Shown here piece by piece: positions 1 through 10,994 of a DNA stretch of 64,000 nt. Numbering within the stretch: the stretch's first letter is position 1; the number at the start of each line of letters is the position of its first letter. The position numbers and the translations under genes were made by a program. Where the stretch lies: IMG/VR virus record IMGVR_UViG_3300035542_000215; one strand, written 5' to 3'. Under the pieces are notes generated by a model, which did not search any database, was not told the origin of the DNA, and saw only the letters and a program-made list of their open reading frames with translations. Origin of the DNA: a virus.

Positions 1-299
1 GCAAAAATGAAAAAGGTAATACCTTGAAAAAGGACAGGGTTTTAGAAAAAGATAAAAAAATGATTATAATAAATTCTTTTTTCAATGTTAATCCTTTTAA
101 CCACGGTGAAGCCTACGTTCTACTTGATCCTAAAACAAATTATACTTATAGAGTTTTAAGAAAAGATTTATATGAAAAACAGAGTCTTAAAAATTAGACT
201 CTTTTTCTTTTTTTGGAATATAAAATCTCATCCTTGCATATTATAAATTAGTTTGTTAAAAGGGAGCACTTACGTGCAGGTAAATAATAGGAGGTTTTT

Positions 300-628
300 A
301 TGGATGAAAAAAGATACTAGAAAAAGCAAAAAATACTGAATATAGACACAAACACTGGTTTAAAGAAGGTGGAAAAAGTGTTTATGAAGCTATTAAGCAT
401 TTTGTTGAATGTGGAGATTTTTACCTTGATTTTTCAAGCAGGATAAACTACGCAAGCCAAATTAAGGGATATGACGGGCTTAATAGTAGAAAGGATGTTA
501 CCGATTGGCTTATTGAAAAAAAGCGTTACAACAAGCTGATTATAAGGTATGCAGGCAAAGAAAAGGGTACTGATAGAGGAGTTTTAAAAGTTAAGACTTT
601 TCTAGCCTTAAAAAACGCCCTTAAATAA
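300..628 (+). pseudogene. Hypothetical protein with a 1-nt frameshift in an A-run (probable sequence error)
   Basis: Promoter 215, leader and SD AGGAGG precede ATG 300. One extra A in the A6 run at 307-312 opens a ~109-codon frame ending at TAA 626-628. Confidence 0.55.
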
Positions 629-655
629 TATCAGAAAAACATAGGAGGAATTATT

Positions 656-1252
656 GTGGCAGTAAAAAGATATTATTTGGATCTTGAATACAGCAAGACT
701 CCAAAAAAGGTATATGAAACATATATCGTTGCTTTTGGATTAACTGATGACGGAGAAGGATTACAAATCGGTCAAATATTAAAACCCTGGAGAAATTTTA
801 AAAAGAAAAATGTTCCAAAGTATTGCTCTATAACCGGGATAGAAAGAATCGAAGTTGAAAAGGCCCCTCTTCTTGAAGACATATATGATGAAATATTTGG
901 AAGAATGCAGAAAAAACAGCATGTGGTATATGCTTGGGGAACTGATGGTGATAAGTTTAAAGGTGTTGCAAAACAAAAAAATATAAATTGCAATCTTTTG
1001 TTTGAAGATTTTCAAAGAAGGCTTAAAAGAGAGTTTGGTCTTTTATATCAGCCTTCTCTTAAAAAAACTATGGAACTTATTCAAAAAAGACACGGTTTTA
1101 GAAATCATAATCCCCTTCATGATGCAATTATGCTTAAAAGAATTCATGATAAGTATATAAGAGATAAAGAAGGTTTGAGGTATTTAATGAGAAGAAGAGA
1201 TTATGAAATTCAGCTTAAAAACTTAAATAAGGAATATAAAGATGTGATTTAG
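656..1252 (+). CDS. DEDDh 3'-5' exonuclease (KapD/DnaQ-like)
   Basis: ExoI LDLEY, ExoII WGTDG and ExoIII HNPLHDA motifs; SD AGGAGG before the GTG start. Confidence 0.75.
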   Translation: MAVKRYYLDLEYSKTPKKVYETYIVAFGLTDDGEGLQIGQILKPWRNFKKKNVPKYCSITGIERIEVEKAPLLEDIYDEIFGRMQKKQHVVYAWGTDGDKFKGVAKQKNINCNLLFEDFQRRLKREFGLLYQPSLKKTMELIQKRHGFRNHNPLHDAIMLKRIHDKYIRDKEGLRYLMRRRDYEIQLKNLNKEYKDVI

Positions 1253-1401
1253 TACATTTCCCCCACTTGCTGGGGGTTTTTTGTATGGATATAGCAATAC
1301 ATTGAATATACTATGTATTTACAATGCCTATCTTTTATAGTATAATATATTATAACATACAGTTGATAGATATTTAGAATGTTTTTGAAAGGAGAGTTAA
1401 A

Positions 1402-1674
1402 ATGTCTGGAAAAAATATAAGTTTTAGGATTGATGAAGATTTAAAAGAAGAAGGCGAAAAGCTTTTTAAAGAATTAGGTATGAATATGACTACTGCTTTA
1501 ACTATTTTTATTAAACAGTCCGTAAGAGAGAGAAAAATTCCATTTCAAATAAACTTAGGTGTCCCAAGCATAGAAACTTTAGAGGCTATTGTTGAAGCTG
1601 AAAAAATGTTAAAGGATCCTAATACAAAAAAATATAAAAATGTTAAAGAATTGCTAGAAGAGTTGGATAGCTAA
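1402..1674 (+). CDS. dinJ: RelB/DinJ-family antitoxin
   Basis: NISFRIDEDLKEEGEKLFKELGMNMTTALTIFIKQSVRERKIPF is the RelB/DinJ pattern; overlaps the toxin start. Confidence 0.9.
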   Translation: MSGKNISFRIDEDLKEEGEKLFKELGMNMTTALTIFIKQSVRERKIPFQINLGVPSIETLEAIVEAEKMLKDPNTKKYKNVKELLEELDS

Positions 1675-1952
1675 TGAAGTATGATATTGCTAGAACTTCA
1701 AAATTTAAAAAAGATTTCAAATTGTCCCAAAAAAGAGGTTTAGATATAGAAAAATTAACAGAAGTAATTGAAATGCTTGCAGATGGAAAAACTTTACCTG
1801 AAAAATATAATGACCATCCATTAAAAGGTTATTTCAAAGACTACAGGGAATGTCATATTGAGCCTGATTGGCTGCTTATGTATAAAATCTCTCAGGATAC
1901 TTTAATCTTAACGCTTGTTAGGACTGGCACACACAGCGACTTGTTTGAGTGA
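1674..1952 (+). CDS. yafQ: YafQ-family mRNA interferase toxin
   Basis: FKKDFK...DHPLKG...RECHIEPDWLLMY...RTGTHSDLF. Confidence 0.92.
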   Translation: MKYDIARTSKFKKDFKLSQKRGLDIEKLTEVIEMLADGKTLPEKYNDHPLKGYFKDYRECHIEPDWLLMYKISQDTLILTLVRTGTHSDLFE

Positions 1953-1955
1953 GAC

Positions 1956-1988
1956 TGAAACTCCTACCACTTAAGTAGTGGGCTTTCC
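1956..1988 (-). mobile_element. Possible IS200/IS605-type single-hairpin remnant; may double as the TA terminator
   Basis: Minus strand AAGCCCACTACTTAAGTGGTAGGAGTTTCA resembles IS605-family subterminal hairpins. Confidence 0.35.
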
Positions 1989-2053
1989 ACTTTTTTTGTA
2001 AACTATCCTTAATATTGTTTCAAAATAAAGAAGACCTCATTTGAGGTCTTCTT

Positions 2054-2890
2054 TTAAACTTTAGTCCCGATTATTTGTAAATATTCTTCTTTTTCAATAT
2101 CTGTATAATGCAAATTATCTTTTAATATTTCTATAGCTTTATCAAACTCTCTATTCTTTATGTATTCTATTGCCTTTTTTTCTACGTTTTCTAGTTGATG
2201 CTGCTTGTAATATTGAATTTTTGCTTTAATTATTCCTGTTTTATCCCACTTTTGATTTTTTTCTAAGTAATCTATTGATTTAGAGTAATCATCCTCTTCT
2301 TCTATATCTTTAGCAGTAGATATAAGTTCTTCCTGCCTGTTTTTAATATTTTCAAGTATTAAATCTTGAGCATCTTTATAGTTAATGTCGTATTCCACAA
2401 CATTATCAAGGCTTTTTACAGCTTTTACATATTCTTTATTATTTAAATATTTAACCCCTTCTACATAGCTCTCTTTAGATATTTTTAAATTATCTAGATT
2501 CTCAACTAGTTTTTCTATTTCATTTTTTTCTATTTCTGTTTTTTGTATTTTTTCCAAATTTTCTTTAGCTACCAGATAATCAATATCCTCATTATTGTAA
2601 CTGTTAAAAATTTCTACTGCTTTTTCTTTGACCAGCAACTTGTATTCTTCGGTTAAAGATCCATCTTGATTTTTTGAATATAAAGATTCTACCTCATCAT
2701 AATCACCATTATTAAGTGCTGTTTTCATTTGATTGATAGGCATGGTTAACCCTATTAAGAAAAATATTATAAATGATGCTGTTATCACCGGTAGTAATAC
2801 ACGGCTGAACTTATTTTTTTTCTTTTGATCTTTTACCTTTACTTCAACTTTATTATTTTCTACTTTTGCTTCTTTTTTTTCTTTATCCAT
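2054..2890 (-). CDS. Membrane-anchored alpha-helical (TPR-like) hypothetical protein
   Basis: One hydrophobic segment at residues ~30-50 followed by helical repeats; preceded by motif promoter 2919. Confidence 0.55.
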   Translation of the reverse strand: MDKEKKEAKVENNKVEVKVKDQKKKNKFSRVLLPVITASFIIFFLIGLTMPINQMKTALNNGDYDEVESLYSKNQDGSLTEEYKLLVKEKAVEIFNSYNNEDIDYLVAKENLEKIQKTEIEKNEIEKLVENLDNLKISKESYVEGVKYLNNKEYVKAVKSLDNVVEYDINYKDAQDLILENIKNRQEELISTAKDIEEEDDYSKSIDYLEKNQKWDKTGIIKAKIQYYKQHQLENVEKKAIEYIKNREFDKAIEILKDNLHYTDIEKEEYLQIIGTKV

Positions 2891-3484
2891 TTTTTCCTCC
2901 TATTTTTACCTTTTTTTTATTATATGCATTAGCACTGGGATTTATTCCATCAAAATAGCCCCACTAATTAAAGTAGGGCTTAAGAATGGAAAATAAAAAA
3001 AACGAAAAAACTATAACAATTATATTATATGCATTAGCAACTTAAAATATTCCACCTTAACATCAAGTGTTTTAGGACTAATAGATCTGTTGTAAGGCTA
3101 AGATTTCTAATAGTGTTGTTTGTGACATCATTGAATATTATTTATAATCAAGTTGAGGTTACTGCGGTAGGACTGTATTAAAAATAAATTTCTCCGTATT
3201 ATAGTCTGTGACTAGTTTAAGTTGATTATTTTTTATAATACACTTTTGCCTCTATTTTCTAAAATAAATGCTTTTTGATAATGTCGATTTCAACATCTTT
3301 GATTTTCCGTTCTTAATACAACAACAGATCCTTCCTGCATGAAAAAATCTTTTTTAGAAAAACAAAAAAAGCGACTTTCATCGCTTTCTTAGACTTGAAT
3401 TTCAAAAATTTCTTTGTCTCGATCCATTCTAGTCAATCCTATGTAGGCTAGTCCATATTTTTTTCTAGTGTACTTATTTACTTT

Positions 3485-4711
3485 TTACAGAATTTTCCGT
3501 TCTTTATGTTTTTTTAAAAATCCTGGATTCCATTTTTTCAAACTTTCTTCTACTATTTTTAACCTTTCCATCTTCCACTCATATAGAGTTTTATCCTTCA
3601 AGTTGTATTGTTTAGATAATTTTTCTAATACTTTCGGATATAACCATATCACCTTTGCATATTCACAGTCTTCTTCGAAAGGTGCAAAGTGCTGTTCACG
3701 CATGACATAAGTGTTAGATCCTTTTCTTTTTTCAACTATTTGTTCATTTCCTATGAATTCTGGATATTTATTGATATCTAAAATTATACCACCGTGTCCC
3801 AAGCAGTCAAACCACCATATTCCGTCTAATAGTTTTCGCTGGGATTGTACTTTTCCCCACATTTGTGAAGCTAATCTCCTTGCTATATTAGCATTTTTTT
3901 TACTCATTTTTGTCCTCCTCCAAATATTCTTCTATCCATTGGGATACTTCTTGTAAGCCTTTGGCTTTTCCTTTGTAATAATTTTCCTTATCTTGACTTA
4001 AAGCTGTATTAGCCTTGGTTAGATAACTTTTACTATGTCCTTTAGTAGTATTTAATAATCGTTTTAAAAATTTTTTATCTTCCATTTTTTTCTCCTTTTT
4101 TTCTACCATTCTTTTAATTTACAATCATAATAATTTTTTAACATGTATGCATAGTAAAGGGAAATCGAATAGCTGATAACCGGATTAAATATTACTATTT
4201 CTCTTTTATCCTCATTATCTTTTATAACCTTTAGTATCCCAAATAAATTTTCAACTATTGATACGTATGGGTTTACTATGTAGTCATATCTACCCTTATC
4301 GGTTCTTACATTATTGATTATAGTTAACCTTTTATTTTCTTTTTTCAAAGGTATTAAGTCTGCAAGACTAATAGGAACTTTCATGAAATAATAAGGTTCA
4401 TTTAATGTGTCAATAATGCTAGCACCTTTCATATCTAAAATTACTCCAATTGTTTTCTTATCATAAGGGATAGTTTTTTGAAATTCGTTTATTTTTTTCA
4501 AAATCAAACCCTCTTGTTTCCCTGGATCTATCGTGTTGTATTCATTTATGATAAAAATTGGTTGCCTTAATTTTTTATTATGATAAAGTTTTAATCCCAA
4601 TTTTTCATCTGAATATTCATTCTCAACTGCAAATCCATTATTTTGCAATTTTTCTTCAAATGATTTCTTCTCTTTTTCTCCTATGTCTATTACATCATAG
4701 TTATTTATCAT
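3485..4711 (-). CDS. Cassette of three hypothetical genes (4103-4711, 3900-4109, 3485-3907)
   Basis: Overlapping ORFs with SDs downstream of promoter 4766 and its leader. Confidence 0.7.
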
Positions 4712-4837
4712 CTTTTTCCTCCTATTATTTTGTGTTTTTTAAAAACTCCTTATTTTCTCTAAATTATTATATGCATGACTACATTTTTATATTCCTTTTA
4801 AGAAAAAAAGAAACAGCCGAAGCTGCTTCTTTATAAT

Positions 4838-5814
4838 TTATATTAATCTTTCTTTTTTCAAACATTTATTTATTTTTTTTCTATTTTCTTTGGTATCTAT
4901 AAAAGGAACGCATGAATATTCCCAATCTTTCGGTAAATCCTTAATTATCTTAATCCCATCTTTTTCAGCTTGTTTTGCAGCTTTAAGATCATCTTCAAAC
5001 ATTTCTAAGCAATCAATTCTTTCAATATGTTTAGCTCTATTTGCGAAATTGCTTTCAAATATACCGTATCCCTTTTCACATTCTTCTTTACTCCATCCTT
5101 CTTCAAGTGCTTCTTGAATTTTTATATTATTCATTTATTTTCTCCTTTATTTTTCTAAACATTTATTATTTCTATTTCCTCAGTCGTTACAAATCCTATA
5201 TATTTATAAGCTGTGCATGTTATCCTTTCGGCATCTTTAGCTTTAAAGCCCTGATTTATTAACAATTGTTTAGCCTCAATCTTGTCCGTTGTAAATAACG
5301 ACACGTTATAGCCCTTATTTTTATATTCCTGTATTTGCTTTTTGAACTTATCTTCTTGGTCAGCTCTTCCTCTTAATATTTTCATATTATTTTCTCCCTT
5401 TATTTTATTCACTTTCTACATCAAATATTTGAAATCCTGAGATACCTTCTCCCATTTTTTCTTCTATCATATTGTGAATTTCTTCTTCAGATAATTCACC
5501 CTCAAAATAGATAATTAATTTTGCTTTGGTTTCTTTTTCCATTATTTTCTCCTTTATTTAAGCAGCATATTAAAACATATGCCATCTTCTTTATGATTTT
5601 CATATTCTTCAATAGTTTCAATAGTTTCAATATTAAGTGTTATCTCACCATTTTTTATCTTTATATACAGACACCTATCTCCACTATTATAAGTTGTTTT
5701 TGCTGCAACTGGCCTTATAGTCAAAAGCATTTTATCAGGCCTGCATATCGTTATTTTTTTAGCCCTTTTTAATTTCAGTATATCTACTTTTTCTAAAAAT
5801 TCTTTAACCTGCAT
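4838..5814 (-). CDS. Hypothetical genes 5554-5814, 5155-5412 and 4838-5134, co-transcribed with thyX
   Basis: Same-strand ORFs with GGAG SDs. Confidence 0.65.
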
Positions 5815-5823
5815 TTCTTCCTC

Positions 5824-6624
5824 CTATAATAATTCATATTTTTTTCTTACATCACCTATTTCACCACATGTCATATTCCCTTCTGGACAATGACCATTTA
5901 AACATCTTGGTCCGGCATTTTTAAATAATATTGGGGCAACTTCTTTTACCTGCTCAAGCATTTTTTCAGCCATCTGCCTTATTTCCCACTGTGCTCTATT
6001 ACAACATCTTAAATTAAAAAAGTGTAGTAATGTTCTGGCATTCATAGTAACCATTATTTTAGTTTCACAAGCATTAGGAAGAACATATCTTGCATCTTCT
6101 ATTGCTTTTTTCTCTGCCTTTTCTTTATCTTTTTTAATTTTTTTTTCTTTCTCAAATTTAGAAATATATTTACCAAAATCTTCGCTGTACTTTGGAAGAT
6201 ATTTTTTATAAAGCATATCTGCTAATTTATCGTAGGCTTCTTGTGCTTTTACCATCTGCTCTATATATATTTTCTTTGCTTCATAGTCGCCATTAAGCAC
6301 TGGTGGTACAATATAGTCAAATTGACCTTCTTTTACATATCTTTGAGACCTTTGAGAATAACTGGCTATTCTATGTCTTACAAGTTGATGAGTCAGCACC
6401 CTGCTTACTCCTTCAATTGAAAAACTAAAAGATATGTGCTCAAGTGGTGATTCATGTCCTAAATTTGTTAATTTTTCTATAAATCTCTCTGTTTTTTCTT
6501 TATCAAGTCCATCCATTAGATCTTTTCCTGATAGATCAGAATAACACAGCTTTGCAGCTGCTGAAACCAGTTTTTCAGGTTCTGGAGTGTAACTTAATAA
6601 TTTTACATCTAATTTTGTATGCAT
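5824..6624 (-). CDS. thyX: FAD-dependent thymidylate synthase
   Basis: ThyX signature [14 protein letters not shown], plus GHESPLEH and [11 protein letters not shown]. Confidence 0.97.
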   Translation of the reverse strand: MHTKLDVKLLSYTPEPEKLVSAAAKLCYSDLSGKDLMDGLDKEKTERFIEKLTNLGHESPLEHISFSFSIEGVSRVLTHQLVRHRIASYSQRSQRYVKEGQFDYIVPPVLNGDYEAKKIYIEQMVKAQEAYDKLADMLYKKYLPKYSEDFGKYISKFEKEKKIKKDKEKAEKKAIEDARYVLPNACETKIMVTMNARTLLHFFNLRCCNRAQWEIRQMAEKMLEQVKEVAPILFKNAGPRCLNGHCPEGNMTCGEIGDVRKKYELL

Positions 6625-6742
6625 TTTTTTCCTCCAATATTTTTTTTGCGTCTAAACGCTCCTTTTCTTTTATTATTTATTATATGCAGCTATTATCTTT
6701 TATATTCCATAAAAAAAAGCAGCTAAGCTGCCTTTTTTTGGG

Positions 6743-7336
6743 TTATTCGTAAAAAACATGGTCTCCAATAGTTTTGCTGTAAGTAAGTGAATTTTCCATC
6801 CATAGTAAAGCTGATGAGTCTGCAATTTTTGGATTTACAAAATACAAAGAATCGCTTTTAAGTTCTTCATCCTTACTTTCTGTGTAAACAGTTAAAATTG
6901 CTAATTCTATTTCATCTAAATACCCATCTTTAATTACGGTATCCTTTATTTTGTTAGATGGTGAAAACTGTTTTGGTTGGTAAACAACATCGTGTATATT
7001 GTTTGGAAAATTTTCACTTTCGACTCTATTAAGTATTACCCTTACCACTTCCTTTTTTCCTTCTAACGGCTCACCCTTTGCTTCAAGATAGACTATTTTT
7101 TTTAATATTTCATAGTCTTTTGTTGCTTTGAAAAAATCATATCCATCTACAGTTACAAAATTGTTTTTTACAATCCTTTCTTCTCTTACTTTTGAGGGCT
7201 CTTCTTCTACCGTTTTTGATTCAACAACGGTAAAAGATTTAGAAGAAATCAGTACAACAATCATAACTATCATCAAAATTGCTGCTAAAGTGATTACGGC
7301 TTTTTCTGTTTGTTGTCCTATTTCTTTCATTCGCAT
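6743..7336 (-). CDS. Membrane-anchored cell wall hydrolase (SleB/CwlJ, Hydrolase_2 family)
   Basis: N-terminal TM segment; IVYLEAKGEPLEGKKEVVRVILNRV, VVYQPKQFS, SLYFVNP and IGDHVFY motifs. Confidence 0.88.
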   Translation of the reverse strand: MRMKEIGQQTEKAVITLAAILMIVMIVVLISSKSFTVVESKTVEEEPSKVREERIVKNNFVTVDGYDFFKATKDYEILKKIVYLEAKGEPLEGKKEVVRVILNRVESENFPNNIHDVVYQPKQFSPSNKIKDTVIKDGYLDEIELAILTVYTESKDEELKSDSLYFVNPKIADSSALLWMENSLTYSKTIGDHVFYE

Positions 7337-7439
7337 ATAATCCTCCTTGTTTTAAAGTGACTCATACACTCCTTTATTTTATGAATTATTATATGCATGA
7401 AGTTAATTTTATATTCCTTATATTGAATAAAATTAATTT

Positions 7440-7533
7440 TTGACGTTTTTTAGTTAAAATGATAGAATTAAGTACGGAACAAAAACAAATATGTTTTTAG
7501 CGAAAAGGTGCCTGCACTTTTTCGTATTTTTTT
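7440..7533 (+). ncRNA. Candidate ~60-nt small RNA with its own sigmaA promoter and terminator
   Basis: TTGACG(7440)-17-TAGAAT(7463); terminator GCGAAAAGGTG-CCTG-CACTTTTTCGT plus T-run at 7500-7533; no ORF. Confidence 0.5.
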
Positions 7534-7547
7534 TGTAAATCAACATC

Positions 7548-7673
7548 AAAAAAAACCCCTTCCGGGGTTTAATTTTTTTGCTTACCTGAGCCTTTCGGCC
7601 TTCCGATCCAGGTAAACTATTTTAAAGGAGCGACTTTCGTCTTGTTGATAAAGGATAGGAGGTCCTTTATCTA
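7548..7673 (-). ncRNA. Anti-leader/anti-SD small RNA, copy 1 (~125 nt)
   Basis: sigmaA promoter TTGACA(7706-7701)-16-TG.TATGAT(7684-7679). Transcript: 9-bp hairpin with loop CCUCCUA, GAC-GAAA-GUC hairpin, single-stranded GCUCCUUU, UUACCUG/CAGGUAA helix with a GCC-GAAA-GGC sub-helix, then terminator AAACCCC-GGAA-GGGGUUUUUUUU. No ORF. Confidence 0.8.
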
Positions 7674-7721
7674 TATTCATCATAACACAGCTAAAAAATC
7701 TGTCAATTTCAGATGGTTTAA

Positions 7722-7768
7722 GTGAACTACCACCACTTTCACTAAAGTTTAGAAGTGGTGGCTTCTAA
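7722..7768 (-). mobile_element. Miniature IS200/IS605-type single-hairpin element
   Basis: Minus strand TTAGAAGCCACCACTTCTAAAC...GAAAGTGGTGGTAGTTCAC: one hairpin ending in TTCAC, as in IS605 right ends. Confidence 0.55.
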
Positions 7769-7828
7769 CATCTTGTGTTAGAGCTTTTCCTGTTTCAAAG
7801 AGTTGTGCCTTATAATTAAAAAAAGACC

Positions 7829-10685
7829 TCAAGTTAATGAGATCTTTTCATCCAATTCTATTTCTTCTTCTAAACTTTCATAGGTTGTTTTCCCGTAGTA
7901 TACATTGCAAATATGCTTATATCCTTCTTCTACCCCGGCATTTGTTATAAGATAATTATCATTTTTTTTGTAAAAATGCATTGCCATTGGGTACTTGATT
8001 TGAGAGACAACCTTGTCTATATATTCTTTTAATTGTTTTTTTCCTTTTAATTTAATTTCCATATTCTTCTCCTTCATATAATCTCCATACTATTTCTTCT
8101 TTAAATTTGTACCTACTGATGCACAATATTCCCTTTTGATCTAGATCGGATATAATCATAAACCTAGGAGGGATGTTATACTTCGCAACAACTGCATCAT
8201 CACTGTACTGGAAGTTTTTTATTCCTGTAGCTGTTGTTAACCAGTGAGCATAAATCTTTTCGTCTTCAGCAATTTTTAGTTCTTTTCGTATGAATTTAAG
8301 TATTCGACCAGAAAGATCTTCCCTTGAATAATTATTCTCACTTGTTTTATTTAAAGGAGTTTCAAAACCATAAAGCCTTAAATTTTTAATAATGTTGGTG
8401 TTAACAGTATTATTAAACTCTTCTTTTATATATTTATCGAAATTTTCTATCTCCAGTTCTTCTATATCAATATTTTTGTATCCATGTTTTAAAAGCGTGA
8501 GTTCATATTGAGTTTTACTTTCATTTTTTCTTTTTAGGAATGTATTAATAATAAAGGCATCTAGTGAATCACTCTTGCTTTTAGCCCAAAGGGTTAGGCA
8601 GGTCTTTAACATTAACCTGCCTAAATATGTATTTCTATTAGGCCTTAACATAAGTTTCTTCCATTTTAAACATTTTGTTGCTTAAAACTAGCACGCCACC
8701 TGTACCTAAATCACTAGCTATTAAATACTTTTTTGGCAATGAATATTCTTGTATTTCAAAATCATCATCTACAATATAGTTTTCAAGAATACCGTTCATG
8801 GTAGTTAACCATTTTGCAAATATTTTTTCATTGTTTTTAAGTCCCATTTTTTTTCTTACAAAGGACATTACCTTTTCTATTATTTCTTCCTTCATTTCTT
8901 CAAATATGTATAAGTCTTTGTAAAACTCTTCAAGAGGCATTTTAAGCCCGTAATCCTCTAGTTTTTCTAAGATATCAATGTTTCCAAGTTCATAAAGTTC
9001 AAACTCTAATATTTTTTCAAAATCAACAACACCTGAGTCTCTAAATAATTTGTTATTATATCCTTTTTTTAGATTTTTTATCTGCACAGCTGTTTCGCTT
9101 TCTGGTGTTTCCCCTTGTATTTTTTCCATCATCCAAGGTTCATTTGCTAATTTTTGAAGTTCAAGTCTAGCTGAAATACTTTTTACCTTATTGATAATAT
9201 CCTGTTCTGTTTTTCCCATGGATAATATTTTTATCACCATTTCTTCAAATTTTTCTTCCATTTTATTTCTCCTCTATCCTTTTATTCCAATTATCTTCCC
9301 TGGATAATATGATTTTTGATCAGTCGCTACATACTTGTTAAATTCAATCAATTCATCTACCAGATCTTCCTTTCTTTTACTACTTAAAAGATAGTCTTCT
9401 ACCCATCTACTCATAAGGGCTTCCTTGAACTGGTATTTTGTAAAATCAAAAATAACAAGATTAGCATTTAGATATGCTTTTACATATGTGTGTTTTCTTA
9501 TTTTTTCACAACAACAGTCTTTACAGTTGTACTCACCATTCATCATCCTGTAATCAATATACTCATCTATATTATCAATACAATTGTTACATGGATTATC
9601 ATTTGCACTATAGTCTGGATGATTATAATGTCCCCTTATGACCTTTATGTCCCATTCTTTAAAGAATTCCATTCCTTCCATTTCTTCTGCCATTTCAAAA
9701 GCGATTTCTTCGCTTATATATGGAAAATCTTCAATTCCGAAACTCTTAATGAGTTTTTCTCTTAATTTTTCATTTAGAAATTTTCTTTCTTCTTTGAAAT
9801 TTGCAATCATTTTGTTGCTCCCTTAATGGTGTTTGAAATGCCTGGATAATAGCTGTTGTAATTAGATGTCATAAAATTATTAAAGCTCATTAATTCTTCA
9901 ACTATTTGCTTTTTTACTTCTTCATTAACCACAGACTTTTTTCTTTTTAATTCATTTATCTTTAATTGAATGTCACTCATCTTGTCTATATTGAATTGAT
10001 AGTTGGTGAAATCATAAATCATAACTGCTTCATCTAAGTAAGCTTTTATGTATGTATGCTGCTGCATCTTATTACAAGTACATCCTTCACAGAGATACTT
10101 ACCATTTTTTATATTTTTCTTATAATCTTCTAAATCACCTATATCTTCTTCACATAAAAGGTCTTTATCATAATCTGGGTGGTTATAGTGTCCTCTTTCG
10201 ACTATTATTGACCAATCTTCAAAAGCTTTTAACTTTTTCATTTCTTCAGCCATTGATAAAGATATTTCATGACAGATAAATGGAAAATTTTCATGGTCAA
10301 AATTCTCTAAGAGTAATTTCCTTATTTTCTTTTTAATCAAATCTCCTGCTTCATCATATTCAAAATCTAGATTATCAGGAAAGCTTCTTTTTGAAAGTTC
10401 AGAATCTAAAACATGTGTTATTGCAGACATACAGTCGTTAACTATTTTGTATTTTTCATAATCTTTGTTTTCTCTGCTTTCATGTATTGGTGGTCTGAAA
10501 TATAAAACTGCGGTATCTCTTAAGTTTCTCAGTTCCAAAAAGTCTTTTTCTTCGATTTCGCAAGTGCTTTTAATCTTTTCTATGTTTTCTTTGCTAGCGA
10601 AACCTCTTTCAATTTTTCCCTCATTCATTTCCTTAATCCAGTACCCGTAAATTTCTTTAATCATTTCTACATTGGATTTTTTCAT
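7829..10685 (-). CDS. Five-gene cassette containing two tandem paralog pairs (9807-10685/9274-9810 and 8638-9261/8052-8651) plus 7829-8077
   Basis: First pair shares FP.I..EI...MAEEM...RGHYNHPDY...HTY.KAYL...DFT.YQF; second pair shares A.WLTT..GI. Promoter at 10742. Confidence 0.75.
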
Positions 10686-10932
10686 TTGTATCCTCCTATT
10701 TTTTTGTGTTAAAAAACAACACTCCTTTAACTAAGTAGTTTATTATATGCAAAAGTTAAAGCTTATATTCCTAAAATTTCTTTTAAAAAAGACAATATTT
10801 TGGAGTAATTTCATGGCTTTTAGCAGCATCTTTGCTACGTCGTTTTCGGGTTGATAGTATTTTTGAAATGATAAGGTAGGATTTGACATTATCGATTCTA
10901 TAAAAAATCTCATCATAGAAAAATGTATTAAA

Positions 10933-10992
10933 GTGAACCTCTCCACCTAAAGCAGTAAAAAGATTTAGATAGAGCCTTCTTGCAAGTTTTAG
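10933..10992 (-). mobile_element. 60-bp miniature IS605-type element
   Basis: Minus strand TTTAT|CTAAAACTTGCAAGAAGG-hairpin-GGTTCAC; a close relative lies at 43739-43798. Confidence 0.6.
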
Positions 10993-10994
10993 AT

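Noticed and set aside
215-244. Reading the motif promoter as an ordinary extended -10 sigmaA promoter
   Set aside because: TG lies two nt, not one, before TATAAT. The conserved core is GCATA (variants GCATAGAAT, GCATAGTAT, GCATATGAT), and GGAATA is fixed where TTGACA would be. Partial sigmaA use is not excluded.
7478-7498. LexA box in the small plus-strand RNA
   Set aside because: It does not match GAAC-N4-GTTC spacing.
7580-7620. SRP RNA or hammerhead ribozyme as the identity of the sRNA
   Set aside because: It lacks the SRP helix-8 internal loop and the hammerhead CUGAUGA core; the GAAA tetraloops are generic. An Rfam search is still needed.
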